Shown piece after piece: positions 32,701 to 41,739 of a stretch of DNA of 64,000 bases. Source of the stretch: an uncultured bacterium (lineage in GTDB: Bacteria; Fidelibacterota; Marinisomatia; Marinisomatales; UBA1611); contig CBFIBM010000003.1 of assembly GCA_965660855.1 (NCBI GenBank), positions 90,909-154,908 of the forward strand. Direction: 5' to 3'. The position numbers were made by a program, and so were the translations under genes. Every line of letters starts with the position of its first letter. Position 1 is the first letter of the stretch. The notes beneath the pieces are model-generated. The model worked only from the letters and a program-made list of their open reading frames with translations, had not been told where the DNA came from and did not search any database.

Positions 32701-32842
32701 ACAAGTCAGAGTTCCTCTGCAAGCGGAAGTAAAACATGGAAGAAATGAAAAAATTTCTGTAAGGGATCCTAATGGTAACACAGTTGAAATAAAGTTTAAA
32801 AAATTAGAATCTTATCTCAAAAAAGGGTACACACAGGTTTAA
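29798..32842 (+). CDS. secA: Preprotein translocase ATPase SecA
   Basis: EMKTGEGKT, DEVDSVLIDEARTP and QLRGRSGRQGDPG motifs. Confidence 0.99.
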   Translation: MIFTKLFGTKSDREIKKLSNIISQINQQYENLASQSDEGLVERTKELKEFVMNSRKEKENSLPSNMDQEERKKEILKAEQGALGLIMVEAFAIVKDVSRRMFGSSWRVSEHEITWEMIPYDVQLIGAIILHNGKVAEMKTGEGKTLVATMPIYLNALTGRGVHVITVNDYLAQRDAEWMGQVYKRLGLSVGYILNSMDNVERREMYNRDITYGTNNEFGFDYLRDNMSLRKEDKVQRGHAFAIVDEVDSVLIDEARTPLIISGAVDAPVDETFTTLKPGVQRLVKKQTNLVADLVREAQRFLEEGDEEKAGLKLLQAQRGMPKHKLVMKIFQETGMLKLAQNVESDHIRDKKMHEVDDDLFFSIEEKSHVMDITEKGRNVLSPENPDTFIIPDLGELLLEIDENENLDKLEKDKEREKAHQLHAERSGTIHNFNQLLKAYTLYEKDVEYVLEGGKVMIVDEFTGRVLPGRRYSDGLHQALEAKENVRIERETQTLATITIQNYFRLYDKLAGMTGTAETEAEELGSIYGLDVTVIPTHRPISREDREDLVYKTKREKYNAVIDEIIDCHKRGQPVLVGTISVEISELLARMLKRKSIPHNVLNAKQHKSEAEVVSRAGQNGAVTIATNMAGRGTDIKLVDGIKELGGLHIIGTERHESRRIDLQLRGRSGRQGDPGSSIFYLSLEDDLMRLFSSDKVAAIMDRMGIEEGEVISAKMVTRAISNAQKKVEVRNYGIRKHLLEYDDVMNQQRQVVYDIRNQALEGDNLDQSVSLLLNDFIEEELESQSQNGTPDMWEWDYLRQYFSSHVLVDVEYDKLKKELKNEDPNFEEISNWIKEKASAIYKARESLLDEEAMKGFERFVMLRTIDDKWKDHLYGMDQLREGINLRAYGQKNPLLEYKSEGFKMFQEMMADMNAIIIKRLFRTQIQGLDQVNTNNRRVVKNMQTSHQDTTGMGFSGGRTQDKNNQPQQVRVPLQAEVKHGRNEKISVRDPNGNTVEIKFKKLESYLKKGYTQV

Positions 32843-32843
32843 T

Positions 32844-34010
32844 ATGGAAAATAAATTAAAGTTTATTACTAAATCAATTCATGTAGGTAACAAGCCTGAT
32901 TCTTTGACTGGAGCTGTAATACCACCCTTGAATATGACATCTACATTCCAACAAGAGAGTGTTGGTGTTAATAAAGGTTTTGATTATTCTAGGGCTGGGA
33001 ACCCCACCACTAAAAGGTATGAGGAAAACATTGCTTCATTAGAGGCTTGTGATTTTGCAATCTCTTTCTCAAGTGGAATGGCCGCAATAGCTGCATTATT
33101 TCAGTTATTAAAAAAAGGAGACCATGTAGTAATCGGACGAAATACTTATGGTGGTACCTATAGGTTTACAACACAAATATTAAAAAAGCATGGTTTTGAG
33201 TTTGATTTTGTTGATACAAGAAATATCAGTGAGATAAAATCTTCAATTAAGCCAAATACAAAATGGGTATTTGTTGAGACTCCGACAAATCCTTTACTTG
33301 AATTATGCGATATTAAAGAGACATCAGAATTATGTAAAAAGGAAAAAGTTTTTTTAGCAGTTGACAATACATTTATGAGTCCCTACGGACAATCTCCAAT
33401 TGCATTAGGTGCAGATGTAGTTATGCATAGTGCAACCAAGTATATTGGAGGTCACAGTGATTTAATTTCAGGTGTATTGATAACCAATAAAAAGCCTATT
33501 GCTGATAGTTTATATTTTATACAAAAATCTGGAGGGGCAATCCCATCCCCTTTTGATTCTTGGCTTTTACTTAGAAGTACGAAGACTCTTGGACTTCGTG
33601 TGCAAAGACAATCTGATAATGCTTTTAAATTAGCAAAAATTTTGGAGGGGCATAATGCAATTAATTCTATCATTTACCCAGGCTTAGAAAGTCATCCTCA
33701 AAATAAAATAGCTATTAAACAGCAATTAAACCCAGATGGAAAGCCTATTTTTGGGAGTGTTTTTTCAATAATACTAAAATCATTAGAAAAAAGAGATGAT
33801 TTTTTAAGAAAAATTAAGTTATTCACTTTAGCCGAGAGCCTAGGTGGTGTGGAAAGCTTAGTTTCAGTTCCATATGATATGACACATGTATCAGTTCCTG
33901 TTGAAGTGAAAAAGGATATGGGCTTACCAAAAACACTTGTAAGGTTATCGGTTGGCATAGAAGATTTAGAAGATTTACGTTTAGATATTATGCAGGCACT
34001 TAAAGATTAA
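32844..34010 (+). CDS. Cystathionine gamma-lyase/synthase family PLP enzyme
   Basis: YSRAGNPT, ETPTNP, VDNTF, HSATKYIGGHSD and AESLGGVESL motifs. Confidence 0.93.
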   Translation: MENKLKFITKSIHVGNKPDSLTGAVIPPLNMTSTFQQESVGVNKGFDYSRAGNPTTKRYEENIASLEACDFAISFSSGMAAIAALFQLLKKGDHVVIGRNTYGGTYRFTTQILKKHGFEFDFVDTRNISEIKSSIKPNTKWVFVETPTNPLLELCDIKETSELCKKEKVFLAVDNTFMSPYGQSPIALGADVVMHSATKYIGGHSDLISGVLITNKKPIADSLYFIQKSGGAIPSPFDSWLLLRSTKTLGLRVQRQSDNAFKLAKILEGHNAINSIIYPGLESHPQNKIAIKQQLNPDGKPIFGSVFSIILKSLEKRDDFLRKIKLFTLAESLGGVESLVSVPYDMTHVSVPVEVKKDMGLPKTLVRLSVGIEDLEDLRLDIMQALKD

Positions 34011-34128
34011 TTTATGAGTGATATATCGATAGAAAATCGTTATTTTATATAACCTTTATTAATATAAGATTTTAATAGTACTCACATTTTTTAATAATTT
34101 AAAGCTTTTAATATAGTTGGAGGATCTT

Positions 34129-37100
34129 ATGATCTCGATGAGAAAATATTTATTCAAATTTTTAATTGCAATTCTCCCCGCAAGTACGGTTTTATCAAAC
34201 GTGATAATATCATTGGGAGATGTTGATGTCCAAGGTTATACTAATGAAATTATTGTGCCTGTAACTCTTGAAAATCCAAATAGTACAGTTGGTGGATTTC
34301 AATTTGATTTTTCAACAAATGATGAGATCTTAACCATATCAGGAGTTTCTGCTATTGATTCAGAAAACTTTTCATCTGACTATAATATTTTAAATAATGG
34401 AGATACTAGAGTGGTCTTCTTCACGATATCAGGTGATGGTATTGAATCAGGTAACGCTGGTACAGTCGTTAATTTACACTTTGATGGATCAGACATCTTA
34501 TCAGGATTTTTTAGTCTTGATGCATTTAATCTTACTGTTAGCGATGAGGATGGGACTATCGTAAATAGTCAAATAAATGATGGATCCATAACTATCGGGA
34601 CGGTTGTCTCAATGAGTGCAACATCTGATTCCGGAGATATAAATGAGCAAGTTGTAATCGATATTAATCTTAATAATTCTGGTTTAGTTGGTGGTTTGCA
34701 ATTTGATATTATAGATACACCCAATTACTTATCCGTGATTGGGTTATCTACTACTGACCGCTCAGAAGGATTTACAATTGAATATAATGAACTCTCAGAT
34801 GGCTTAACTAGAGTTTTAATGTTTAGTCCTGAAAACCAAAATATCGAGATTGGATCTGGTTCAATAGCTTCGCTACAAATGTTGATAGCTGAAAATGCAT
34901 ACAATTCAAACGTTGGAGTTAACTTTGAGAATGTTACAATTACTGACCCAATTGGAGGAATTTATTTTACAGAAAGTGCAGACTCAGGAACTGTAACGGT
35001 TACCCCTGGTTATATAGAAGAACCTCATAACCTGCAAGCTCAAGATGGTATGGATGCACAAGTTCTACTTAGTTGGGATGCTCCTTATGGGCCAATACCT
35101 CCAAATTTTGAAGAAGATTTCGAAGCAGGTTCAATTCCTGAGAATTGGAATTTAACTACAAATTCATCACAAGGATGGTTTATTACTCAAGATGGCTCAA
35201 GTGACTTTTGGTCAATACCTGCACATTCTTGGTATATGTGCTCAAATGATGATATGGCTGATGATGATGGGTCTGTAGATTATCTTATTATGCCTCCTCT
35301 TAACGTGAGTGGAGCAGAGAATATTGCACTTAATTTTGCATCCTATTATGATGGTGCGTATGGACAGTCTGCTCATATCGCGGTAAGCACAGATGGATCA
35401 AATTTCACGGAAGTAGCTGTACTCGATGCCGCAGCTGAATGGGTCATGGAAACTGTTGATTTATCTGAATTTTCTGGTGTACCAAATTTATATATTGCAT
35501 TTCATTCAAATGATAATGGTGCATGGGCGTCAGGATGGGCTGTTGATGATGTTCTAGTATCCTTCGCTCTAAGAGATTCAGAGCGTTTTTTACACTACAA
35601 CTTAACTGAATTTGGACAATGGGCTATGGATGCTTCAAAAGAAGATGTCCTTTCTCAATATGGGGGAGGTATTCCGTATAGCATGAAGGTTGACTTGAAT
35701 AATCCGAATATTAATACAAGTAGACCTGTTACAATAGATGCATATAAGGTATATAAATCATTGAACAATAATTCAGATTTTGAAGAGGTTGCAGAAGTAG
35801 ATGGATCTTTAACAACATATCTTGACGATGATGTTATTAATAGTACAATCTACTACTACTATGTTACAGCTATTTATCCTGATGGCTCTGAATCAGGTCC
35901 AACAAATACAATCTCCGCAACCCCAGTTGAGTGGGTTGAGCTTTCATTAGATAATGGATATTCCCTGTCAGGGCAGATGGACACACTTGACTTTTACATA
36001 AATAATGAAAGTGATCTAGGTTTATTTTATTTTGAAATAATGGACTATCCCAATGTTTTGAATGGTCTAAACATACTTTCAACTGAGAGAACTGAATCTT
36101 GGGCTTTAGAAATTGCAGACCAAGGAGATGGAACAATTGCAATTACTGGGATTAGTATCGGTGAGCCTCTTTTACCAGGAAATGGACCAGTTTGTAGAGC
36201 TATTTTATACCCTGATGCTGAAGAAGAAATGGTTGTAAACCTTTCTTTTACTAGTGGCACTTCAATTCAAGACGTTAATTACATTGATTTAAATTGGACT
36301 GCCGAAGGAGGCATATATGAAGTTGGTATAGAGACTCAGTATATTAACTTATATGGCGGATATGCTCTCTCAGGAGAAGAAACAGCTGGTTCAGTTTTCA
36401 TGGAGACAACACAACCTGTTTACGCTATCGAATTTGATATCTTAGCAGATCCACCTTTTATTACTGGTACAGATATTAATTTTAGTGAACTTCTAAATTT
36501 AGAAAATTGGACTGTATCAGGGTCGGATTTAGGTATTGGTTATAGAGTTACAGCTTATGATAATACTTTATCTAACCCAATAAGTCCTGGAGTCCGACAC
36601 CTTGCAGATATTAATTATAATGTTTTAGATCAAATTCCTGAAGCTACCATTGTTAATATATCTGTCTCTGATCCAATTTTAGCAGACATGAATAATCTCT
36701 CTATGGTCACAGAAACAACTCCACATGCATTTTATATTGGTACTCCTCCAGCGGGGTGTACAATTGAAAATGCAACAGGACAATTAATACCCGGCGGTAC
36801 AGGAGTATTTGAAATCCATATGGAGAATACAGAAACAATTAATATTTTAGAGTTTGAAATACAAGATATGCCAAACAATATGGCAGTAACAAATATTACT
36901 GGTGTAGGTAGGTTTGAAGATGGAACAATCGATGGTGGATCTGGAGAAACAGATGAAGGAAATATCTACTTCTTAGGATATGATTTTGCTACAGCAATTG
37001 AACCTGGAAGCGGAGCTATTCTCGAGATCGAAGTTGTATTCAATGAAAACATTAATAATTCATCAATTGTTTTTATGATAAATACAATTTCTGCGGGAGA

Positions 37101-37467
37101 TGTGAATGCGGTCCCAGTTACGATTTTAGCTGATAATTTTGGGCAGTTCTCAGGATACTTAAATACAATATCTACAGGACCAGTTCCACAAGATTTCCAA
37201 TTAAATCAGAACTATCCAAACCCATTTAATCCTAGTACAATTATTAGTTATAGCTTACCATACAAGTCAGATGTGAAGCTGAATGTTTATGATATGAATG
37301 GTAAAAGAGTAAATTCATTAGTTAATCAAACTCAAGAAGCTGGCACACATAACATCTCATGGAGAGCGATAGACTTTAGAGGAAACTCAATAAGTGCAGG
37401 CGTCTATTTATATAAATTAGAAGCTGGTGGAAAAGTATTTACAGAAAAAATGGTATATATGAAATAA
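34129..37467 (+). CDS. Large acidic exported protein with cohesin-like repeats, adhesin-like and FN3 domains, and a T9SS-A/FlgD-Ig-type C-terminal domain
   Basis: GGAGG RBS before ATG 34129; repeats VGGFQFD and VGGLQFD; GWAVDDV adhesin motif; YYYYVTA FN3; QNYPNPFNP...KMVYMK. Confidence 0.82.
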   Translation: MISMRKYLFKFLIAILPASTVLSNVIISLGDVDVQGYTNEIIVPVTLENPNSTVGGFQFDFSTNDEILTISGVSAIDSENFSSDYNILNNGDTRVVFFTISGDGIESGNAGTVVNLHFDGSDILSGFFSLDAFNLTVSDEDGTIVNSQINDGSITIGTVVSMSATSDSGDINEQVVIDINLNNSGLVGGLQFDIIDTPNYLSVIGLSTTDRSEGFTIEYNELSDGLTRVLMFSPENQNIEIGSGSIASLQMLIAENAYNSNVGVNFENVTITDPIGGIYFTESADSGTVTVTPGYIEEPHNLQAQDGMDAQVLLSWDAPYGPIPPNFEEDFEAGSIPENWNLTTNSSQGWFITQDGSSDFWSIPAHSWYMCSNDDMADDDGSVDYLIMPPLNVSGAENIALNFASYYDGAYGQSAHIAVSTDGSNFTEVAVLDAAAEWVMETVDLSEFSGVPNLYIAFHSNDNGAWASGWAVDDVLVSFALRDSERFLHYNLTEFGQWAMDASKEDVLSQYGGGIPYSMKVDLNNPNINTSRPVTIDAYKVYKSLNNNSDFEEVAEVDGSLTTYLDDDVINSTIYYYYVTAIYPDGSESGPTNTISATPVEWVELSLDNGYSLSGQMDTLDFYINNESDLGLFYFEIMDYPNVLNGLNILSTERTESWALEIADQGDGTIAITGISIGEPLLPGNGPVCRAILYPDAEEEMVVNLSFTSGTSIQDVNYIDLNWTAEGGIYEVGIETQYINLYGGYALSGEETAGSVFMETTQPVYAIEFDILADPPFITGTDINFSELLNLENWTVSGSDLGIGYRVTAYDNTLSNPISPGVRHLADINYNVLDQIPEATIVNISVSDPILADMNNLSMVTETTPHAFYIGTPPAGCTIENATGQLIPGGTGVFEIHMENTETINILEFEIQDMPNNMAVTNITGVGRFEDGTIDGGSGETDEGNIYFLGYDFATAIEPGSGAILEIEVVFNENINNSSIVFMINTISAGDVNAVPVTILADNFGQFSGYLNTISTGPVPQDFQLNQNYPNPFNPSTIISYSLPYKSDVKLNVYDMNGKRVNSLVNQTQEAGTHNISWRAIDFRGNSISAGVYLYKLEAGGKVFTEKMVYMK

Positions 37468-37491
37468 TTTAGTTTTTGTGATACTAAATAT

Positions 37492-37574
37492 GCCGCGGTG
37501 GTGGAATTGGTAGACACGCCAGATTTAGGATCTGGTGCACTTTGTGCGTGAAGGTTCGAGCCCTTTCCGCGGTA
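37492..37574 (+). tRNA. tRNA-Leu(TAG)
   Basis: GCCGCGGTGGTGGAATTGGTAGACACG CCAGA-TT-TAG-GA-TCTGG, long variable arm, GGTTCGAG T-loop; CCA not encoded. Confidence 0.97.
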
Positions 37575-37575
37575 C

Positions 37576-37622
37576 AAAATTAGAAACCCTATTTATTTGA
37601 ATAAATAGGGTTTCTAATTTTT
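37576..37622. terminator. Long perfect inverted repeat, likely bidirectional terminator
   Basis: AAAATTAGAAACCCTATTTATT-TG-AATAAATAGGGTTTCTAATTTT between tRNA-Leu and a convergent gene. Confidence 0.8.
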
Positions 37623-37648
37623 AAACCTATCGTAAAAATGTCGATTAA

Positions 37649-40600
37649 TTATTTTAAGTGGATCATTTTTCTTGAAGAGCTAAACTCTTTTGAATAAATA
37701 GATAGGAAATACATTCCAGATGGAACTGGTTTTCCATTATCATTTAATCCATTCCATATGATTTTGTGTTGTCCAGCTTGTTTAAATTCCTTTAAAGGTT
37801 TAAAAACCTCATTACCAGTTATATCATGAATTGCTATCTCAATATACGATGCTAATGGAAGGTCGTACTGAATAGTTGTAGTAGGGTTAAATGGATTTGG
37901 GTAATTCTGATATAATTCAAATTTGGTGGGTAGCCCATTATAGTCATTTTGATTGAGTAAATTATAATGAATAATAAGAGAATACCTTGAAGTTCCAATG
38001 ATAGGATATGGCTTTAATATTTCGCTAGTAGTTGGATTAAAGCTTCCTCTTGGTTCGATAAAAAGATTTAATCCACTTGTATTACTAATATCCAATTCAT
38101 TTCCTATTAAATTGTCTAATAAACTTATTGATATATGGTCAGGTAAACTTAGTTCTAGTAATGACATTGTTGCATTTGTTTCATTTGTTACAAAATATCC
38201 AGATGAATCAATATTTAAAAATAGTATATCTAATGGAATTGTAATGGATTCTTCATGGTGTAGGGGTAAGTGATTTATCTTTAAAGGAATATCATTTGAT
38301 AAGGTCATAGCAACCAACCGTGGTGAAATCTCTAAAGGTAATAATTTTTTTCCATCTGAAATGTCAGAGTTTATATTCCCGTTTATCCCAAATGTTAGAT
38401 AGACTTCATCGATATAATTGTTCGATGAAAAACTTAAGGTAAGTTTACCCGAGTCCTCATGGTCATTCCTTTGCCTAATTAATGTACTAGAGCCAGTCGC
38501 AATATCTTCTTCTTCAATTGTAAAACTACCTATCCCACCACTTGCTTGAATCCAAAAACCTTGGAATGGAGCAATCAAACCATTACTTAAGTCACCGGAT
38601 GATCCATTCCACATTTTCCAACTTGCAGTAGAATTATCCCAAATCGAAATAACATTTGAAAGATTATTTTTGGAAATATCATTCCAGCTTATTGTTTTAG
38701 TAAATGGATTACCTGCTAAGTAATAATTATCTTGCGGAATAGAACTTTTTGAAACACTTCCAGTATTCTGAGTGCCAGATAAAAAAAGATCAACAGGAAG
38801 ATCATTGTTTCCATCAAAATCTATATCATTAAAAACATAAATGAGGAAACCTTGTCCTGCATTTAAAGACTGAGTTGATATATTCGTAATAGGTGTCCAG
38901 CTTTGCTGAGCAAGGTTTAATATCCATATATTTGCATTACCATCCGTAGCATCTCCACCAGATATTCCTTGAATCCAAAGCTCATCTAACAAGTCTTCAA
39001 ATATAGTCCCTGAGACTGGACTACTCAACATTCTAAAACCAGAATTACCACTTATAGTTATATTATGGAGAGGAATCCAAGTATTTCCAAAAGTAGAACT
39101 TAAATCCCAATCATGTCCAGCAGTCCAATTAATATTCCCATCCTCATAAGCGCCAATATCTGGTGAACTACCATTATTAGTGTAGGTATCTGTTATTCCA
39201 GGTATAGAAATTCCAGCATCAATAAGTGGAGAGCTGGCTGCTGGAGAGAAATCACTATTTGATGTATCAGTTAAGACACTATTTAATGTTACACTCTCAT
39301 TATATCCATTCCAATTATTGCTGTATGTTCCAAAATCAATAGTTACATTATTGGTTCTGTGATTTGAAATTTTGTCTGCAGCATTATTTTTAATGATAGA
39401 TGTAGAATGATCATCGTTATTAATTTTTAGAACAATAATATCGTTTTTACTTCCGGAGTTTAAAACAGTATTGTTATATATTTTGTGATTATTTCCTTTT
39501 ACCATAATCCCGCCACTTTCACAGTTCCACGCTAAATTATGATGCATTATTCCATTTGTTCCGTCAGCAGATCCGCTATGATCAAATCTCGCACCATACT
39601 TCTCTGTATCATGAAGCCAGTTGAACCTACATATAGCCCCATCTTGCTGGTCTTCCATAAATTGAATCATAGAACCATCACTTTGTAAGTGGCCTGTATC
39701 ATACAGATTGTTATATTCTATCAATCCAGCATTCCCAATCATTACAGTAGCAGAACCACCAGTTTTATGAACCGTATTTTTTCGAAAAACATTGGACGTA
39801 CCATTCATGCGAATAGTCAGCATGATACTGCTATTATCTGCTACGGAATAATCAATTTTATTAAAATAGCAATTATCTAATGTATCTGTTCCACCCCACA
39901 TCTCTACAGCAGTTCCATCTGTATTCCTGAAAGCACAATTTCTAATAGTACTACCAGAACTACCTGAAGCAAATTTTGTCATTTCTGGCTCTGTGTCCAC
40001 AATTCGTAGCATTCGTTTTGAACAACTAGGATACATGAAGTTACACCCATAAACTAAACAATTATCACCGTTGGAGAAGTAGACTGTTGTTGCAAAAAAC
40101 TCTAAATTTTTAATTTGAACATATTTTGACCCTGTAATAGTAAATGCATATGATTGAATTTTTCCTCTAAACTCTAGTTTATTTGGATTAATTCCATTTT
40201 CAGTATAATAATATAGAGAGTCTTGATTGTTGTGGGTATCATACCACCATTCACCACTTTGATCAAGAAATTCACGTCGGCCTTCTAAATAATAGTAGTG
40301 ATGTTTTGTTTTCCAATTTGGAACGGTTGAATAGTTAAAGGTACCCCCTGAGTGATTTGTCACAATCCTAGACCATGTTCTAAAAGATCCTAAATTAAGT
40401 ATAGCAATTGCTTGTTTATTACTCTCATCAAGATCAAAGCCAGTAGAGCTAAGATTAATATTTGTTCCTTGTGAGTTTGTAAAAGGTTTATCTATAATTG
40501 TCCCATTAGAATATGCATTTTCATCATCATCTATTGTTCCTTTTGCCCAAAAATTATCATTGTCCCAAATTGTATCATCATCAAACTTAGCATTTGGCCA

Positions 40601-41029
40601 ACGAGCCATAATTTGTTCTTCCCAATTCACAAATAGTTGCCAAATATCCGATGTTAATTTTGTTCTCCATATATTTGAAGATCCAACTTGAGTCCATGAT
40701 GAGTTTATTGGTATGGTTCCATCCATTATTACTCTTTCATTATTGTAGTTTGTAAATATTATTGCAGACCCTGAAGAACCATTTAAATTATCGATAGTCA
40801 CACTTTCATGATATCGACCTTGGCGTATATAACATATATCACCCGAATTCATTACGCTTGCTGCTTTGGAGACAGTTTTAAAAGGCTTTGCAAGGGTAGT
40901 TCCATTATTCTCATCGTCACCATAAGAGATTGCAACGTAATAGTCAGTAGCTGATAGATGGGTGACGGCTACAGTAATATAAATAAGTTTTTGTATTGCT
41001 GGAGTCAATTTTCTAATCAAAAAAGACAT
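37649..41029 (-). CDS. Exported right-handed parallel beta-helix protein (pectin-lyase-like fold) with T9SS-A/FlgD-Ig-type C-terminal domain
   Basis: Signal peptide; TDYYVA..GDD.N.GT..KPFKT start; Asn-rich PbH1-like repeats; PDIGAYE; QNYPNPFNP...RKMIHLK. Confidence 0.82.
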   Translation of the reverse strand: MSFLIRKLTPAIQKLIYITVAVTHLSATDYYVAISYGDDENNGTTLAKPFKTVSKAASVMNSGDICYIRQGRYHESVTIDNLNGSSGSAIIFTNYNNERVIMDGTIPINSSWTQVGSSNIWRTKLTSDIWQLFVNWEEQIMARWPNAKFDDDTIWDNDNFWAKGTIDDDENAYSNGTIIDKPFTNSQGTNINLSSTGFDLDESNKQAIAILNLGSFRTWSRIVTNHSGGTFNYSTVPNWKTKHHYYYLEGRREFLDQSGEWWYDTHNNQDSLYYYTENGINPNKLEFRGKIQSYAFTITGSKYVQIKNLEFFATTVYFSNGDNCLVYGCNFMYPSCSKRMLRIVDTEPEMTKFASGSSGSTIRNCAFRNTDGTAVEMWGGTDTLDNCYFNKIDYSVADNSSIMLTIRMNGTSNVFRKNTVHKTGGSATVMIGNAGLIEYNNLYDTGHLQSDGSMIQFMEDQQDGAICRFNWLHDTEKYGARFDHSGSADGTNGIMHHNLAWNCESGGIMVKGNNHKIYNNTVLNSGSKNDIIVLKINNDDHSTSIIKNNAADKISNHRTNNVTIDFGTYSNNWNGYNESVTLNSVLTDTSNSDFSPAASSPLIDAGISIPGITDTYTNNGSSPDIGAYEDGNINWTAGHDWDLSSTFGNTWIPLHNITISGNSGFRMLSSPVSGTIFEDLLDELWIQGISGGDATDGNANIWILNLAQQSWTPITNISTQSLNAGQGFLIYVFNDIDFDGNNDLPVDLFLSGTQNTGSVSKSSIPQDNYYLAGNPFTKTISWNDISKNNLSNVISIWDNSTASWKMWNGSSGDLSNGLIAPFQGFWIQASGGIGSFTIEEEDIATGSSTLIRQRNDHEDSGKLTLSFSSNNYIDEVYLTFGINGNINSDISDGKKLLPLEISPRLVAMTLSNDIPLKINHLPLHHEESITIPLDILFLNIDSSGYFVTNETNATMSLLELSLPDHISISLLDNLIGNELDISNTSGLNLFIEPRGSFNPTTSEILKPYPIIGTSRYSLIIHYNLLNQNDYNGLPTKFELYQNYPNPFNPTTTIQYDLPLASYIEIAIHDITGNEVFKPLKEFKQAGQHKIIWNGLNDNGKPVPSGMYFLSIYSKEFSSSRKMIHLK

Positions 41030-41159
41030 TTAGAATTCATTTCTATTTTATTGAAAATATTAAATAGTAGTTTACAATAGAAAGATTAGCCTTATTATAT
41101 TATATAGTATAATAATAATTCCTATTGCAATAGAAATTCTAGCGATAATTCGAATTAAG

Positions 41160-41633
41160 CTACTGTTGAAATTCATTTTTATCTTGATTTAATTGCTCGA
41201 ACAATCTGAGAGAATTCCATTTATCAAAAACTTCATTTAAAAGATCTACATATTCATTGTAAATTCTGTAAATAATATTTTTTTTATCATTAATTCGATT
41301 ATCAGTATCCATTTTTAAATCGCCAATTAACTCTAACATAACTTCTGCAGATTCTTTTTCTTTTATTATCCAACTAATAGGTTCATTGATAGATGCTTGA
41401 ACAATTTTGTTTTTTTCTTCATTTTGAGTTATGAGAATAGGTATACCTGAAAGTTTTATTCGATTAATTAATGTAAGGGTAGTTTTTTCTTTTATTTTTA
41501 ATTCTTTTGAGAGCTCTTTAATAGAAAGCTTTTTTGGGTAGGCTTTGAAGATTAGATGTAGTATTTTTGAAGAAGTCTCATCTATTCCCCTTCTAGCAAT
41601 TCTTTTTTTATTATTTGAAAAAGTCGAAATCAT
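41160..41633 (-). CDS. Winged HTH-domain protein (HTH_11-like)
   Basis: LSIKELSKELKIKEKTTLTLINRIKLSGIPI; likely start ATG 41633 (track GTG 41660). Confidence 0.7.
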   Translation of the reverse strand: MISTFSNNKKRIARRGIDETSSKILHLIFKAYPKKLSIKELSKELKIKEKTTLTLINRIKLSGIPILITQNEEKNKIVQASINEPISWIIKEKESAEVMLELIGDLKMDTDNRINDKKNIIYRIYNEYVDLLNEVFDKWNSLRLFEQLNQDKNEFQQ

Positions 41634-41677
41634 ATGAATCTTTAATAATATATATTGCACAAAATTTAAATATATAT

Positions 41678-41720
41678 AATTACGCCATGGCTACTCATAT
41701 TTATTAAAATACTACTCATT
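41678..41720 (-). promoter_or_regulatory. Phased GAGTAG/GCGTAA motif array, putative regulator binding site
   Basis: Minus strand reads AATGAGTAGTA-TTTTAATAAA-TATGAGTAGCC-ATGGCGTAATT; same motif as at 43582-43625. Confidence 0.6.
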
Positions 41721-41739
41721 TGTTTTTGTAAATTTCAAA

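Noticed and set aside
41091..41137. AT-only inverted repeat and CTATTGCAATAG palindrome upstream of the beta-helix gene
   Set aside because: Expected by chance in very AT-rich intergenic DNA; no second copy found to support it as an operator
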